A stretch of 64,000 nucleotides of DNA. It comes from Candidatus Endomicrobiellum devescovinae (GTDB taxonomy: Bacteria; Elusimicrobiota; Endomicrobiia; Endomicrobiales; Endomicrobiaceae). Below are positions 48,232 through 58,578 of this stretch, piece by piece. The notes below the pieces were generated by a model. It saw only the letters and a program-made list of their open reading frames with translations. It did not search any database and had not been told where the DNA came from. Made by a program: the position numbers and the translations under genes. Position 1 is the first letter of the stretch, and every line of letters begins with the position of its first letter. The stretch covers positions 9,367 to 73,366 of the forward strand of contig JAIRSK010000020.1 in assembly GCA_031255495.1 (NCBI GenBank), in the 5' to 3' direction.

Positions 48232-50736
48232 CTATCTGTTGCCACCGCCAGCCAATCGAGCTAAAGCTGCCCAACCGTCTTTCCAATCTTTCAAGTAACC
48301 GCTGAAATCAACAGCCCCAGCAGCTTGGAATATACCTTGATTTGTTTTTGTATTTTTATATACCCATGAACCTTCTTCCTTGCTAAGCCTATCAATTTCA
48401 TCAATCATACCACCGACTTGATTGCCAATTGCATATCCTTTGTTGCCTGTTGAATCAAGTCCAAAACCAACACCTGCACCGTTAGTAGTATTATAAACCT
48501 GCATTGTCATTTTTCCGTCAATATCGTTTGTAACTACGCCAACAACCATTACTTGGGCGCCTGTACCTACAGCACCTTTAAAGGCGTCAAACATAGTCAT
48601 ATCTTCAACTGCTACAAATATCTGTTCTCCATCTTTGGGATTTACGACATCTTTAAACCCAGCACCGTCAAACATATTTATTGACTGTGGGTTTAGCTGT
48701 ATATATACTTGCTGACCGTTAGCTATCATTTGTCTAGCAGCATCTTCGTTTAAAATGTTGCCGTCAGCATCAACAAAAGCTTGAGCTTGACCAACAACCG
48801 CAGGATCGTAATAATAAGTTTCTCTTGTTCCTTCAACTTCTCGTTTTACTTCTCCTGTTTTTTCAGAGCTTACAGTTCTAAGGTTAGAAGCAGTCTTACG
48901 AACTCCAGGCGTGGTAGGATCGTCATATTCAAAAGAAAACTTCAAGGTTTTGTCTAAATACTCTTCAAAATATCCGTACGTTACCTCATCTACCATATAT
49001 TGTCCCTTGTTGTCTCCTTCTCCATGGAACTGCAAATCTCCAGGAGCTGTACCGCTTGGTATGCCACTACTTAAATCCACATTGTGTCCATCCTTGTCAT
49101 AGTCTGCCACATGTTCTCTGCCTGCCACTTTACCTTCAGCCCGACGATCTTGCAATTCAGTTTCTCTTCTGGTTGGATCTTCTACCTCATGAGTACTTTG
49201 CCCTGATTCAATCTTAACTTGAAATGGTCTTTTTTGTTTTGAAAGAACATCATACATTTCTTTCACGATTTTATAGGCTTGTGCTGCATCAGAAGCATCC
49301 TTACCTTTTTGTTTGTACTCCTCACTTTTTTGTTTGTACTCCGCAATTATTGCATCAATAGCCGCTTGGGGGGTTGTACCTTCGCCCAAAGCAGCCATCT
49401 TTGCTTCTACTTCAGATTGTTGTTGTTCATCTAAAAAAAACGTCATATATACATATGGATTGCTTAAGTCCTGAGCGGTAAGATTAATTTGGGTTATGCC
49501 ATTGTTATAAAGATATTTCAAAAGATTATCAGCTGCATCGTGAGAATTTAAATTCTTTATCATGTTGTAAGCAGTATCAAGCTGTTTAAATAATGTTTCA
49601 GGATCTTGTGTTGTTCCAACCCCTAAAACTGCACCTTTTGGAGAATACACATATACGCTTTCCTGTACTCCTGTACTATTATTGAAATTTATAATAGTCC
49701 TTAAAGTACCTCCTGCATAATATGTATATCTGGCTGTGACAGTCTTATGACCTGTGTCAGGATTAATATGAACAGTCTCTATAGGCTTGCCATAACCATA
49801 GTACGTAACATTATTTTTTTCTAAATCTCTTTCAGCTATTTTTGACCCATTTTTATCATATTCATACACAGTTGTTTGAACCTGCTTGTCATAATCTAAG
49901 TGATAGTCTTTAGGAAAACTTTTAAATTGAGAACCGCCTTTAGTATCATCAATTACATCGCATCTGAAACTAGAGGTTTCCATACCGCGATCATTATAAT
50001 ATGTTACAGTCGCAATCCATTTTTCAGGTGTTTTTTCAGTAGCGGCAGAATAGGAATAAACTATACTTTGTTGCAAAGCACCTGTCGTTTTATCATAAAT
50101 CCATTCTGCTGATAAATCTCCGTTGGAATCAAATGTACTTTGAGGCTTTCCATCATAATTTAAAGTACATCTTAGATTTCCTGTGGCATCGGGCGCAAAA
50201 CTAAAAGAAGAGTTAAGTCCTTTCTCTTGTAAAAAACTAATAATACTTTCTCCCATTTTATCGCCGATAGCATGCGCACCACCAATTACCTCATCAAAAC
50301 CCAATTTTGCCAAATAACCTCCTAACCATTGCGCTGCACCATCTTTTTTTACTGCGTCCCAATCCACATCAGTATATCTCAATTGCATATTAGTTATTTC
50401 AAACTTTCCGCTGCCTGCTTCGGTTTCAGATAATGTCGCTCTATAACCGCCGGCATCATACAAAGCAATGCTGCCGTCTCGTTCTTGTATTGCAACTAAT
50501 TGCCCTACTCTGTAGTGCATAACAGATGTAATTTTGCCAATTAATAAATTCTTATCCATTTCATCAATTGACAAAACATTAAGCGCCGTCTTATCAGAGT
50601 TTAAGTTATTGTTATTTAGAACTTCCTGTCGGAATTTACTGGCATCGGAATAAGCATCTCCTGCAGATAAAGCATTTCCAGAATATCCGCATGCCAACAT
50701 AAAAGCTAAAGCAATACTAACAAGTTTTTTTCTCAC
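48232..50736 (-). CDS. large secreted protein with degenerate YD-like repeats
   Basis: 834 aa; signal peptide MRKKLVSIALAFMLACGYSGNALSA. Motifs TVYEYDKNGSKIAERD, VTYYNDRGMETS, RYTYYAGGTL. Gly-rich C-terminus. Confidence 0.6.
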   Translation of the reverse strand: MRKKLVSIALAFMLACGYSGNALSAGDAYSDASKFRQEVLNNNNLNSDKTALNVLSIDEMDKNLLIGKITSVMHYRVGQLVAIQERDGSIALYDAGGYRATLSETEAGSGKFEITNMQLRYTDVDWDAVKKDGAAQWLGGYLAKLGFDEVIGGAHAIGDKMGESIISFLQEKGLNSSFSFAPDATGNLRCTLNYDGKPQSTFDSNGDLSAEWIYDKTTGALQQSIVYSYSAATEKTPEKWIATVTYYNDRGMETSSFRCDVIDDTKGGSQFKSFPKDYHLDYDKQVQTTVYEYDKNGSKIAERDLEKNNVTYYGYGKPIETVHINPDTGHKTVTARYTYYAGGTLRTIINFNNSTGVQESVYVYSPKGAVLGVGTTQDPETLFKQLDTAYNMIKNLNSHDAADNLLKYLYNNGITQINLTAQDLSNPYVYMTFFLDEQQQSEVEAKMAALGEGTTPQAAIDAIIAEYKQKSEEYKQKGKDASDAAQAYKIVKEMYDVLSKQKRPFQVKIESGQSTHEVEDPTRRETELQDRRAEGKVAGREHVADYDKDGHNVDLSSGIPSGTAPGDLQFHGEGDNKGQYMVDEVTYGYFEEYLDKTLKFSFEYDDPTTPGVRKTASNLRTVSSEKTGEVKREVEGTRETYYYDPAVVGQAQAFVDADGNILNEDAARQMIANGQQVYIQLNPQSINMFDGAGFKDVVNPKDGEQIFVAVEDMTMFDAFKGAVGTGAQVMVVGVVTNDIDGKMTMQVYNTTNGAGVGFGLDSTGNKGYAIGNQVGGMIDEIDRLSKEEGSWVYKNTKTNQGIFQAAGAVDFSGYLKDWKDGWAALARLAGGGNR

Positions 50737-50769
50737 ATCTTCCTCCTTGTTATATCAATCTTTAATCCT

Positions 50770-51114
50770 CTATCTTATTATTACAAGCTTTGAGACTTTC
50801 CCACTGGCATCTTTTATTTTCCATAAATAAACACCGCTTGCAACATACTCTCCATTATTATTTTTTCCGTCCCATTTAACGTTTTTATTTCCGCTTTCCC
50901 AATACAATTTTCTAACTAATTCTCCCATGGAGTCGTATATGTATATTTCACCTCCAGAATTATCTAAATCGTCAAAAGTAATACCTTCAGATATTGTACC
51001 TTGATTTTTATTTTTGCCCTCAGGTATCCAAGGGTTTGGATATGCCTTTGCTGCAAAAGATAATTGAACGCAAGTAAGCAAAAAACACAATGAAAACATT
51101 ATTTTTTTTGTCAT
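50770..51114 (-). CDS. signal peptide + stand-alone FlgD-Ig / T9SS-CTD-like domain protein
   Basis: 114 aa; AYPNPW...GEIYIYDSMGELVRKLYWESG...WDGKNNNGEYVASGVYLWKIKDASGKVSKLVIIR matches the Por-secretion-tail/FlgD-Ig pattern. No cargo domain. Start overlaps the upstream gene by 4 nt. Confidence 0.65.
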   Translation of the reverse strand: MTKKIMFSLCFLLTCVQLSFAAKAYPNPWIPEGKNKNQGTISEGITFDDLDNSGGEIYIYDSMGELVRKLYWESGNKNVKWDGKNNNGEYVASGVYLWKIKDASGKVSKLVIIR

Positions 51115-53264
51115 TGCATCTTCTCCAAAGCTCTTTTAACTTCCATTTTATCAGGTCTATAAACTAAAGCCTTCCTCAATAATACAGCCGCATTTGTAAA
51201 ATCACCCCTGCTATAATAAGACATGCCTTGTTCATAATATTTTTGCGCAATATTGTCCGCAGTTTTATTATATTCTGCAACAGCCGACGCATTTGACGGA
51301 TTATATTCTATTGCAAGTTTATATTCTTTAAAAGCTTCTTCAAATTTATTTTTGCTAAAAAACTCAAAACCCTTTCTATAATAAATATCAGATAAGTCTT
51401 TGCTTATTTTGGACATATACTCGCGCGAACTTTTTGAATAATCAGCAAAATTATATTTATCTGCAAGTTCTTTGCTCTTTTTGAAATATACCATCGCTTT
51501 GTCAAGATTGTTTTCATCGTAATAATTTAATGCTCGTTCATACATCTTGTCTAATTTATCTCTTACTTTTCCCTGAGCAATAGTAGCTTTTTTATCGTTT
51601 TTATATTGAACTGCATTTTTTACATTCTTTTTTGCCGACGCCAATAAACCTCTAACATCGGCTCTTGAAGGCGACGCAATGACAATCGCCTCAAAGTATC
51701 TTATAGAATCTTCATAGTTGCCTTTGTCAAACAAAGCTCTACCCTTGTTATAAAGTTCAGAAATTTTATCAGATGCAATTTTTGCAAGCTGATTGTCAAC
51801 ATTTGTCATTTCAGTTTTTGCCGCATCATTTTCATGGTCAATGTCCAAAATAAATGCAAGAGATTCTTTAGCGTTTACAAGATCTCCATCCTTGTAAAAC
51901 TTCTTAAATCTCTTCCATAAATATTCTATTCTCTTTCTATTTTTGTCTCTGTTTCTTTCTTTTAAAACTTCTGAAGTATATGCTTCGGTCTTTTCTATGC
52001 CGCTTTTGGCAAGCAAATTTTCAGGATCCATAGACAAAACTTTATTGTAGTACCTCCTTGCTTTTACAACATCGCCCAAAGCAAGAGCATTATTGGCTTT
52101 AGTCATATACTTACTATTTAAACTTGCATTATAAGCATCAACGTAAGATAACTCTTCGTTAATCTTTTTCAAATATTTTTGCGAAGCAGCATGGTCTGGA
52201 TAAACAGCTAAAATTTCGCCAAATGCTTCTCTCGCTTTTATATAATCTTTCCTATTATATATATTAACTGCTTTTCTAAAATGTTCTTTAAGATAATAAT
52301 CATACGCAGTCTTTTCAGAAGCAAAACTCCCTAAAGCACAGCTTAAATTGACACTGTGTGTTCCATCTATATTTTGCCCTGGAGCATAAGAGTAGTCTAT
52401 AGTTACGCTTTGAATCTCCAAAGCAAATCCCATTCTGAAATCTGTGTCTAAAGATTTTTCAGCAAGCTTTACACCTGATCTTAAATCTAAGAAGTATATA
52501 GGAGAAAAAGAAGCGCCCGCAGAAAAGAAGTTGCCGGAATATATCTGTGAATTATAGTCTATTGCAACTTTTAAATTAAAAAAATCCTTTTCGCTATAAG
52601 CAGCCCCAACCGACAAAACTTGAGGTAAATCGTAACTTTCTTTTATAAATTTCATTTTTGAGCCAAAATTTTTATAAGCTACTCCAAGAGATATATTGTC
52701 AAAATCGGCAAACCTGAAAATTCCTCCTATGTCAGCAGCAAAAGCTTCCGCACTGTAATCAGCAAGATTAGACCTTAAAAGTTTTAAGTTTACACCAAGT
52801 CCACCGTACATAAATTCAACTGGCATAGTTTCTTTTAAGTCAATTGAATAATTTAAGATCAAGCCTAAATCGTTAGAAGATGCCATATTTACAGAGTTAC
52901 CGGAATTATCAAGATGGTCTATATTGCCAAACCCGGCGTACATAAATGAAATGCCGAAATTTCCAATAGAAGAAGGGAATTGAGCGCCCAAAAAGTTATA
53001 TTGAATTGTGTTGAATATTAAAGAGTTGTTTATTGAACCTGTTATTCTATAAGTATCTATTGTTGAAGCTGGATTTAAGATTGATGAAGATGCATTTCCT
53101 GAAATCAAGGCAACACCAGCATCACCCATAGCTGAAGTTACAGGATTTGGGTTATACGAAAACATCCTTCCTCCTGTTACGCCCACAGCGGCGAAAACCG
53201 AAGAGTCAGATCCTAACAATACAATCAAAGCCGCAGCTAAAGAAACTAATCTTTTTTCTAACAT
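51111..53264 (-). CDS. PorV/PorQ-like outer-membrane beta-barrel fused to a long TPR domain
   Basis: Start probably ATG 53264 (MLEKRLVSLAAALIVLL; AAGGG RBS); the track ORF begins at 53288. The N-terminal ~310 aa resemble PorV/UPF0164-type barrels (SAMGDAGVALISGNASSSILNPAS ... TIDYSYAP). The C-terminal ~400 aa are TPR repeats. Confidence 0.6.
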   Translation of the reverse strand: MLEKRLVSLAAALIVLLGSDSSVFAAVGVTGGRMFSYNPNPVTSAMGDAGVALISGNASSSILNPASTIDTYRITGSINNSLIFNTIQYNFLGAQFPSSIGNFGISFMYAGFGNIDHLDNSGNSVNMASSNDLGLILNYSIDLKETMPVEFMYGGLGVNLKLLRSNLADYSAEAFAADIGGIFRFADFDNISLGVAYKNFGSKMKFIKESYDLPQVLSVGAAYSEKDFFNLKVAIDYNSQIYSGNFFSAGASFSPIYFLDLRSGVKLAEKSLDTDFRMGFALEIQSVTIDYSYAPGQNIDGTHSVNLSCALGSFASEKTAYDYYLKEHFRKAVNIYNRKDYIKAREAFGEILAVYPDHAASQKYLKKINEELSYVDAYNASLNSKYMTKANNALALGDVVKARRYYNKVLSMDPENLLAKSGIEKTEAYTSEVLKERNRDKNRKRIEYLWKRFKKFYKDGDLVNAKESLAFILDIDHENDAAKTEMTNVDNQLAKIASDKISELYNKGRALFDKGNYEDSIRYFEAIVIASPSRADVRGLLASAKKNVKNAVQYKNDKKATIAQGKVRDKLDKMYERALNYYDENNLDKAMVYFKKSKELADKYNFADYSKSSREYMSKISKDLSDIYYRKGFEFFSKNKFEEAFKEYKLAIEYNPSNASAVAEYNKTADNIAQKYYEQGMSYYSRGDFTNAAVLLRKALVYRPDKMEVKRALEKMQ

Positions 53265-53334
53265 TTCTGCCCTTGTTAAAAATAACAACAGACTTCTGTA
53301 AAGTTAGAACTGCTTCTGGGTTTTGTGTACGCTT

Positions 53335-54027
53335 TTATTTCTTATCTGGATCAAATCTAAAACCAACTCCAAAAATGGTTTTAATATGTTTTCTTCCCCA
53401 AGGTTTTAAAGAGTTTCTTAAATTCTTTATATGGGTATCAATGGTTCTGGTAGTAACCGATATGTTATACTCAAAAACGTTTTCCAAAATAAATCCTCTG
53501 TTTAGAACAACTCTAGGTTTTTGTAAAAATAAGTAAAGCAAATCAAATTCTTTTGGTCTTAATTGAACTTCTTTTCCATTAAGAAAAACAGTTCTTGATT
53601 CCAAAGATAATGAAAGATTGTCTATTTCAAAATTATTGACTTTATCTTTACGTTTGGAACGCCTGAGCAAAGCCTTAACTCTAGCAACTAGTTCTCTATT
53701 GCTGAAAGGTTTCGTTAAATAATCGTCAGCGCCAGAATCAAGACCTGTAACTTTATTAGTTTCAGTAGATTCCACTGTAAGCATTATTATAAGAATATTT
53801 TTTAAAGCAGGAGTTTGCCTTATTGTTCTGCAAAATTCTATTCCGCCTATCGTAGGCATATTAATATCTACAATTGCAAGATCTGGCTTAGATTTTAACA
53901 TCCTCTCATATCCTTCATCAGTATCTTTACATGTGATAACCATAAAACCTTCGCCTTCAAGAAGGTTTTTCACCAAACTTCTTAAACTTTCTTCATCGTC
54001 AACCACAATAACTTTTGTTTCTACCAT
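53335..54027 (-). CDS. OmpR/PhoB-family response regulator
   Basis: 230 aa; receiver DLAIVDINMP and TKP; winged-helix LRPKEFDLLYLF...GVGFRF. Confidence 0.92.
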   Translation of the reverse strand: MVETKVIVVDDEESLRSLVKNLLEGEGFMVITCKDTDEGYERMLKSKPDLAIVDINMPTIGGIEFCRTIRQTPALKNILIIMLTVESTETNKVTGLDSGADDYLTKPFSNRELVARVKALLRRSKRKDKVNNFEIDNLSLSLESRTVFLNGKEVQLRPKEFDLLYLFLQKPRVVLNRGFILENVFEYNISVTTRTIDTHIKNLRNSLKPWGRKHIKTIFGVGFRFDPDKK

Positions 54028-54041
54028 AAAAAATCCTTTTG

Positions 54042-55259
54042 CTAAATAAAAACTGGCAAAATAAATTTAATTGTTGTGCCTTCACCGACTTTGCTTTCCG
54101 CCCAAATAGTACCCTTATACAAAGATATTATCTCGCTTGTCAGAGAAAGCCCCAAACCACTTCCTTTTAATTTTTCAAATTTATTTCTTTTTATTTGATA
54201 AAACTTTTCAAAAATCTTCTTTAACAACTCTTTAGGGATCCCTATTCCAGTATCGGAAATCCAAACTTCAACAAACTTATCGCCATAATCCTGAGATAAC
54301 ATAGCTTTTACAGAAATTGCATCTCCTTCCTTGGTAAACTTAAAAGCATTGTTTAAAATACCAGACACTGCAAGACCAAGCAAGCCAGCATCACCCAACA
54401 CCGGAGGAAGCCCATCAAGTATATCAATTATAAATTTTTTCTTTTCTAAACTCGCAACAGATTTAAAATTGCGACTCTCTTGTTCAACAACTTCGTCTAT
54501 ATAAGCTGAAGTTCCTTTCGCTTTAACTTTTCCAGCTCTAAATTCTTCTGAACTTAAAACATTGTTTATAAAACACTTAAGCCTACCTGTAGAATCTTTT
54601 ATTGTATTCAATCCTTCAAGCATATCCTGAGAACCGCTCTTTTTAGCTTTCTCCATCATTAAATCTGAGTAACCTTCTATAGCAGCCAAAGGACTTTTAA
54701 ACTCATGTGAAACACTTACAAGAAAATCATCTTTGAAACGTTTCTCGGACTCTTCAAAACTTTTAGTAAAACGTTTAGAAACCAAAAATACTATCAAAAT
54801 ACTCAATAAATAGATAAAAAGAATTTTATTTAAAATAATATAAAACAACCTTCTTGCTTGAGCATCATAATAAGATCTGTAAAACCCTACCAATAAAGTT
54901 CCTGCAATTTTTCCGTCTATAGTTGTTACAGGGTGCGAATATTTATATATACTCTCTTCTTCTAAAACGCTTTCTTCACCTAAAGAAAAAACTTCGCCTG
55001 ACGAAGAAAGAAAAGATACATAAGCAACACCTGAATCAAAAACATCAAATATTGAATTAAAAAATGATTTCTCTTTTTCTAACTTTGTCAAACTTCCATA
55101 AGAACTGACAAATGATTTTAAAAATTTTTTACTTTCTGCTTGAACAGCAATATTGAAAAGAAAAGTTCTACAGCTAAAAAAAATAGCTAAGTTAGTGAAA
55201 AACACAAAAATAAATAACAAAAAAAGAGAAAATAAAATAAATTTAATTTTCAAATTCAT
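54042..55259 (-). CDS. sensor histidine kinase
   Basis: 405 aa; two TM helices; H-box SVSHEFKSPLAAI; N-box LNNAFKF; G-boxes DTGIGIP and GSGLGLS. Confidence 0.9.
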   Translation of the reverse strand: MNLKIKFILFSLFLLFIFVFFTNLAIFFSCRTFLFNIAVQAESKKFLKSFVSSYGSLTKLEKEKSFFNSIFDVFDSGVAYVSFLSSSGEVFSLGEESVLEEESIYKYSHPVTTIDGKIAGTLLVGFYRSYYDAQARRLFYIILNKILFIYLLSILIVFLVSKRFTKSFEESEKRFKDDFLVSVSHEFKSPLAAIEGYSDLMMEKAKKSGSQDMLEGLNTIKDSTGRLKCFINNVLSSEEFRAGKVKAKGTSAYIDEVVEQESRNFKSVASLEKKKFIIDILDGLPPVLGDAGLLGLAVSGILNNAFKFTKEGDAISVKAMLSQDYGDKFVEVWISDTGIGIPKELLKKIFEKFYQIKRNKFEKLKGSGLGLSLTSEIISLYKGTIWAESKVGEGTTIKFILPVFI

Positions 55260-55261
55260 TT

Positions 55262-55322
55262 TATAAAACTTAAAATTCAGGCTACTCCGACAACAAATTT
55301 ATCCTGATGGAGCAGCCTGAAA
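55262..55322 (-). terminator. rho-independent terminator
   Basis: TTCAGGCTGCTCC...GGAGTAGCCTGAA (one mismatch), followed on the minus strand by a TTTTAAGTTTTAT run. Confidence 0.6.
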
Positions 55323-55328
55323 ATTCCA

Positions 55329-55625
55329 TTATTTATCTTTAGGCTCAAGAGATATAACAACACTACTGTTCAATTTTGAAGCTACAAAATTATAAAGCCA
55401 TGCTACAACAAGTGCTCCTATTGCCATTATAACTGTGTAAAGCACTACAAATATAACCCAAGACAACAACTTTGCGCCAAAACCAAGCCCTGCAGCCAAA
55501 TCGGTTGGGAAAAAGAAGAACGTAACCAAACCTATAAGAGCTCCTAAAATTGCAAAAACAACAGGTAATACTTTAAGGACTGAAACTACTTGGACTTTTT
55601 TCACATCGTAAAGGGACATTTGCAA
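55329..55625 (-). CDS. small integral membrane protein (3 predicted TM)
   Basis: 98 aa; hydrophobic segments VLKVLPVVFAILGALIGLVTFFFF, LLSWVIFVVLYTVIMAIGALVVAWLY. Confidence 0.55.
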   Translation of the reverse strand: MQMSLYDVKKVQVVSVLKVLPVVFAILGALIGLVTFFFFPTDLAAGLGFGAKLLSWVIFVVLYTVIMAIGALVVAWLYNFVASKLNSSVVISLEPKDK

Positions 55626-55759
55626 CCTCCTTTATTTTGTCTTCCAACCAAGCGATTGCTTTACGATAAAATAGTAACAGAATATTTTTTCAAAGTCAAA
55701 TTTAAAAGATATTTCTTACATTCTTGTCACAATCACAAAGCTGAAGATAAAAACTAAAA

Positions 55760-56755
55760 TTACTTAGAACCATATTCTTTTTTCATATCTTCAAGAGTCT
55801 TAGGAGCATAATCCTTTGCATGTCCTGCAGTCCCAAAATCTTTCATTTTTGAAATTATAAGATTTGTAAGAGCAGTTCTTGCAGGTCCTAGGTAATCTCT
55901 TGGGTCAAACTTCTCAGGAGTTTCCGTAAATACTTTTCTTATTGCAGCCGTAATAGCAAGCCTTCCGTCAGTATCAACATTAATTTTTGATACGCCAAGT
56001 TTAACCGCTTCTTGAAGGCTAGCCATAGGTACACCAGTTGCTCCCGGCATTTTTCCGCCGTATTTGTTTACTTCGTCAATCAATTCTTTAGGAACTGAAG
56101 AAGCGCCGTGCAATACAATAGGAATATTTATCAACCCTCTTATTTTTTTCAAAACATCAAAGGCAAGATTTGCCGCTCCTTTAAATTTATAAGCACCGTG
56201 CGAAGTTCCTATAGCTATAGCTAAAGAATCAACGCCTGTTTCATCTACAAATTTCTTTGCTTCGTTGGGATCAGTCAAATGAATTTTGCCTGAACCAACA
56301 CCATCTTCAAGTCCGCCGAGAGTTCCTATTTCTGCTTCAACGGAAACACCTCTGGCATGGGCATATTCAACAACAGAACGGGTAACTTTTACATTATAAT
56401 CATAAGTGGAAGCAGTTTTGCCATCTTCCATTAAAGATCCGTCTATCATAACAGATGAAAAACCTAAGTCTATCGCCTTTATAGCAGATTCCAAAGAGTT
56501 GCCGTGGTCTAAATGCATAGCTACTGGAATATCAGGATTTTCAATAACAGCGGCTTTCATTAAATATCCCAAATAAGTAAAGTTAGAATATTTCAAAGCA
56601 CCTCTGCTGGCTTGAATAATTACTGGGGACTGAGTCTCTTTTGCAGCAGCCATAATAGCCTGAATCTGCTCCATGTTATTGACGTTGTAAGCGCCTACCC
56701 CGTAACCTTTCTTTTGCGCTTCTTCCAAAATTTGTTTTGCCGGTACCAATGCCAT
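55760..56755 (-). CDS. fba: class II fructose-1,6-bisphosphate aldolase
   Basis: 331 aa; GAYNVNN, MHLDHG, LHGASS, VDTD motifs. Confidence 0.93.
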   Translation of the reverse strand: MALVPAKQILEEAQKKGYGVGAYNVNNMEQIQAIMAAAKETQSPVIIQASRGALKYSNFTYLGYLMKAAVIENPDIPVAMHLDHGNSLESAIKAIDLGFSSVMIDGSLMEDGKTASTYDYNVKVTRSVVEYAHARGVSVEAEIGTLGGLEDGVGSGKIHLTDPNEAKKFVDETGVDSLAIAIGTSHGAYKFKGAANLAFDVLKKIRGLINIPIVLHGASSVPKELIDEVNKYGGKMPGATGVPMASLQEAVKLGVSKINVDTDGRLAITAAIRKVFTETPEKFDPRDYLGPARTALTNLIISKMKDFGTAGHAKDYAPKTLEDMKKEYGSK

Positions 56756-56764
56756 GTAATCCTC

Positions 56765-57757
56765 CTATTTTTTCTTCATCTTTTTATTATTTTTCTTAGA
56801 CGAAGCTTCTTCATAAATTCCTATATTTCTAAATCTTAAATATCTTTCTTGAACAACTTTTTTGCTGTTCATCCCATTGTAGGCATGGAGATATTTGCTT
56901 AAAACCGTCTTTATATTTGCAGCAGTCTTGTCATGATTGTAATGCGCTCCGCCAAGAGGCTCTTTTATTATTTCATCTATAACTTTTAGTTTAAGCAAAT
57001 CTTTTGAGGTAAGTTTTAAAGCATCTGCCGCGTCTGCAGCTTTTGAACCGTCTCTGAAAAGTATAGCGGCACAGCCTTCAGGTGAGATAACAGAATAATA
57101 AGAATTTTCTAAGCACAAAACCTTGTTTGAAATGCCTATCCCTAAAGCACCGCCTGAACCGCCTTCGCCGATAACAACTGTTATAATAGGAACTTTTATG
57201 TTGGACATTTCTTTTAAATTTGTTGCAATGGCTTCAGCTTGTCCTCTTTCTTCAGCGGCAATTCCGGGATAAGCTCCCGGAGTATCTATAAATGTTATTA
57301 TAGGGCGATTAAACTTTTCGGCAAGGCTCATTACTCTCATAGCCTTTCTATAACCTTCAGGGTGAGCCATACCAAAATTTCTGTCTAAGTTTTCTTCAAG
57401 GGTTCTACCTTTTTGATGCCCAATTACAGCTACTGGTTTCTCATCAAGCTCGGCTATTCCACATAAAACGGCTGGATCATCGCCAAAACATCTGTCGCCA
57501 TGAAGTTCAACAAAATTTTCAAAAATAAGTTTTATATAGTCTTTAGAATAAGGTCTTTGTGGGTGTCTAGCAATTTGTATGCGCTGCCATGACGACAACG
57601 AGCCATAAATTTTTTGTTTCAATTCGTCTCTTGTTTTCTCAAGATCTTTAATCTGTTCTGACAAATCTATGTTTTGTTCCTGAGCAGATTTCTTTAATTC
57701 TTCAATTCTTTTATCAATTTCCACTATAGGCTGTTCAAAATCAAAAGTTATATCCAT
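56765..57757 (-). CDS. accA: acetyl-CoA carboxylase carboxyltransferase alpha subunit
   Basis: 330 aa; [27 protein letters not shown]. Confidence 0.94.
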   Translation of the reverse strand: MDITFDFEQPIVEIDKRIEELKKSAQEQNIDLSEQIKDLEKTRDELKQKIYGSLSSWQRIQIARHPQRPYSKDYIKLIFENFVELHGDRCFGDDPAVLCGIAELDEKPVAVIGHQKGRTLEENLDRNFGMAHPEGYRKAMRVMSLAEKFNRPIITFIDTPGAYPGIAAEERGQAEAIATNLKEMSNIKVPIITVVIGEGGSGGALGIGISNKVLCLENSYYSVISPEGCAAILFRDGSKAADAADALKLTSKDLLKLKVIDEIIKEPLGGAHYNHDKTAANIKTVLSKYLHAYNGMNSKKVVQERYLRFRNIGIYEEASSKKNNKKMKKK

Positions 57758-57794
57758 TTACCCTCTTTCTTTAAAACTATACAAATGTTCCTAA

Positions 57795-58502
57795 CTAAAA
57801 TTTACCTAAATAACTTATCCTTATCACTCTTTCATCTGGAACTCTTCCTGAGCCCTTTTTCCCCCAACAATCTCTTACAATGCAATCTATATCTAAATAT
57901 TCCGTCACAGAAAACCTTAAACCAGAGTTAAGCCTTGCATCAGGGAAATAGTTCACGTTGTCATACTCAAGCATAAAAGATACAAATTCTTTATATAAAG
58001 GCACTGTTGCGTTTGAAAACCAATAAATTTTTGGCTTAGAAAAATCGTTCACGTTAATACCTAAGTTAAACATCAACCCTTCAATGAAAAATTCCCTACC
58101 TGTAACAAAGTACAATCCTTTGCATCTTTGCACATATCCGCCGTCATAATCTCCATTTATAAAAGTTCCCTGCCCATCATAGCCTAAAGCAAATCCTGGC
58201 AGGGTCATACTTCCTCCATAAAGCCTAAGTTTTACATGGAGAGCGGGAACAACTGCTTTTATGTTTTCATGTCCTATAAACTTATCTAATTCCCAAGACA
58301 CTCCTAAATCTAAGGGCTTAAAAACACCAAAATTAATCTCTGAAATTACGTTTCCGTATGAGAAAAACCTGAAGTCAGCGCTGTACGAACCGTAACTTAA
58401 TATGCCCGTAGTAGGCGTATCAAGCACATATGTTTTGCTGGCATAAAGAAAAGAAACACAACATAAGACCGCAGCAAACGACCCTAATATTTTCTTCAAC
58501 AT
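57795..58502 (-). CDS. hypothetical outer-membrane beta-barrel protein
   Basis: 235 aa; signal peptide; alternating aromatic beta-strand pattern; C-terminal ...ISYLGKF (terminal Phe). Confidence 0.5.
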   Translation of the reverse strand: MLKKILGSFAAVLCCVSFLYASKTYVLDTPTTGILSYGSYSADFRFFSYGNVISEINFGVFKPLDLGVSWELDKFIGHENIKAVVPALHVKLRLYGGSMTLPGFALGYDGQGTFINGDYDGGYVQRCKGLYFVTGREFFIEGLMFNLGINVNDFSKPKIYWFSNATVPLYKEFVSFMLEYDNVNYFPDARLNSGLRFSVTEYLDIDCIVRDCWGKKGSGRVPDERVIRISYLGKF

Positions 58503-58578
58503 TTATATCTCCTCTCAGCCTGTCTAATTATATAACTTACAACGTCTAAAATCAATTTTTAGCTTTGTAAAAAACTGA

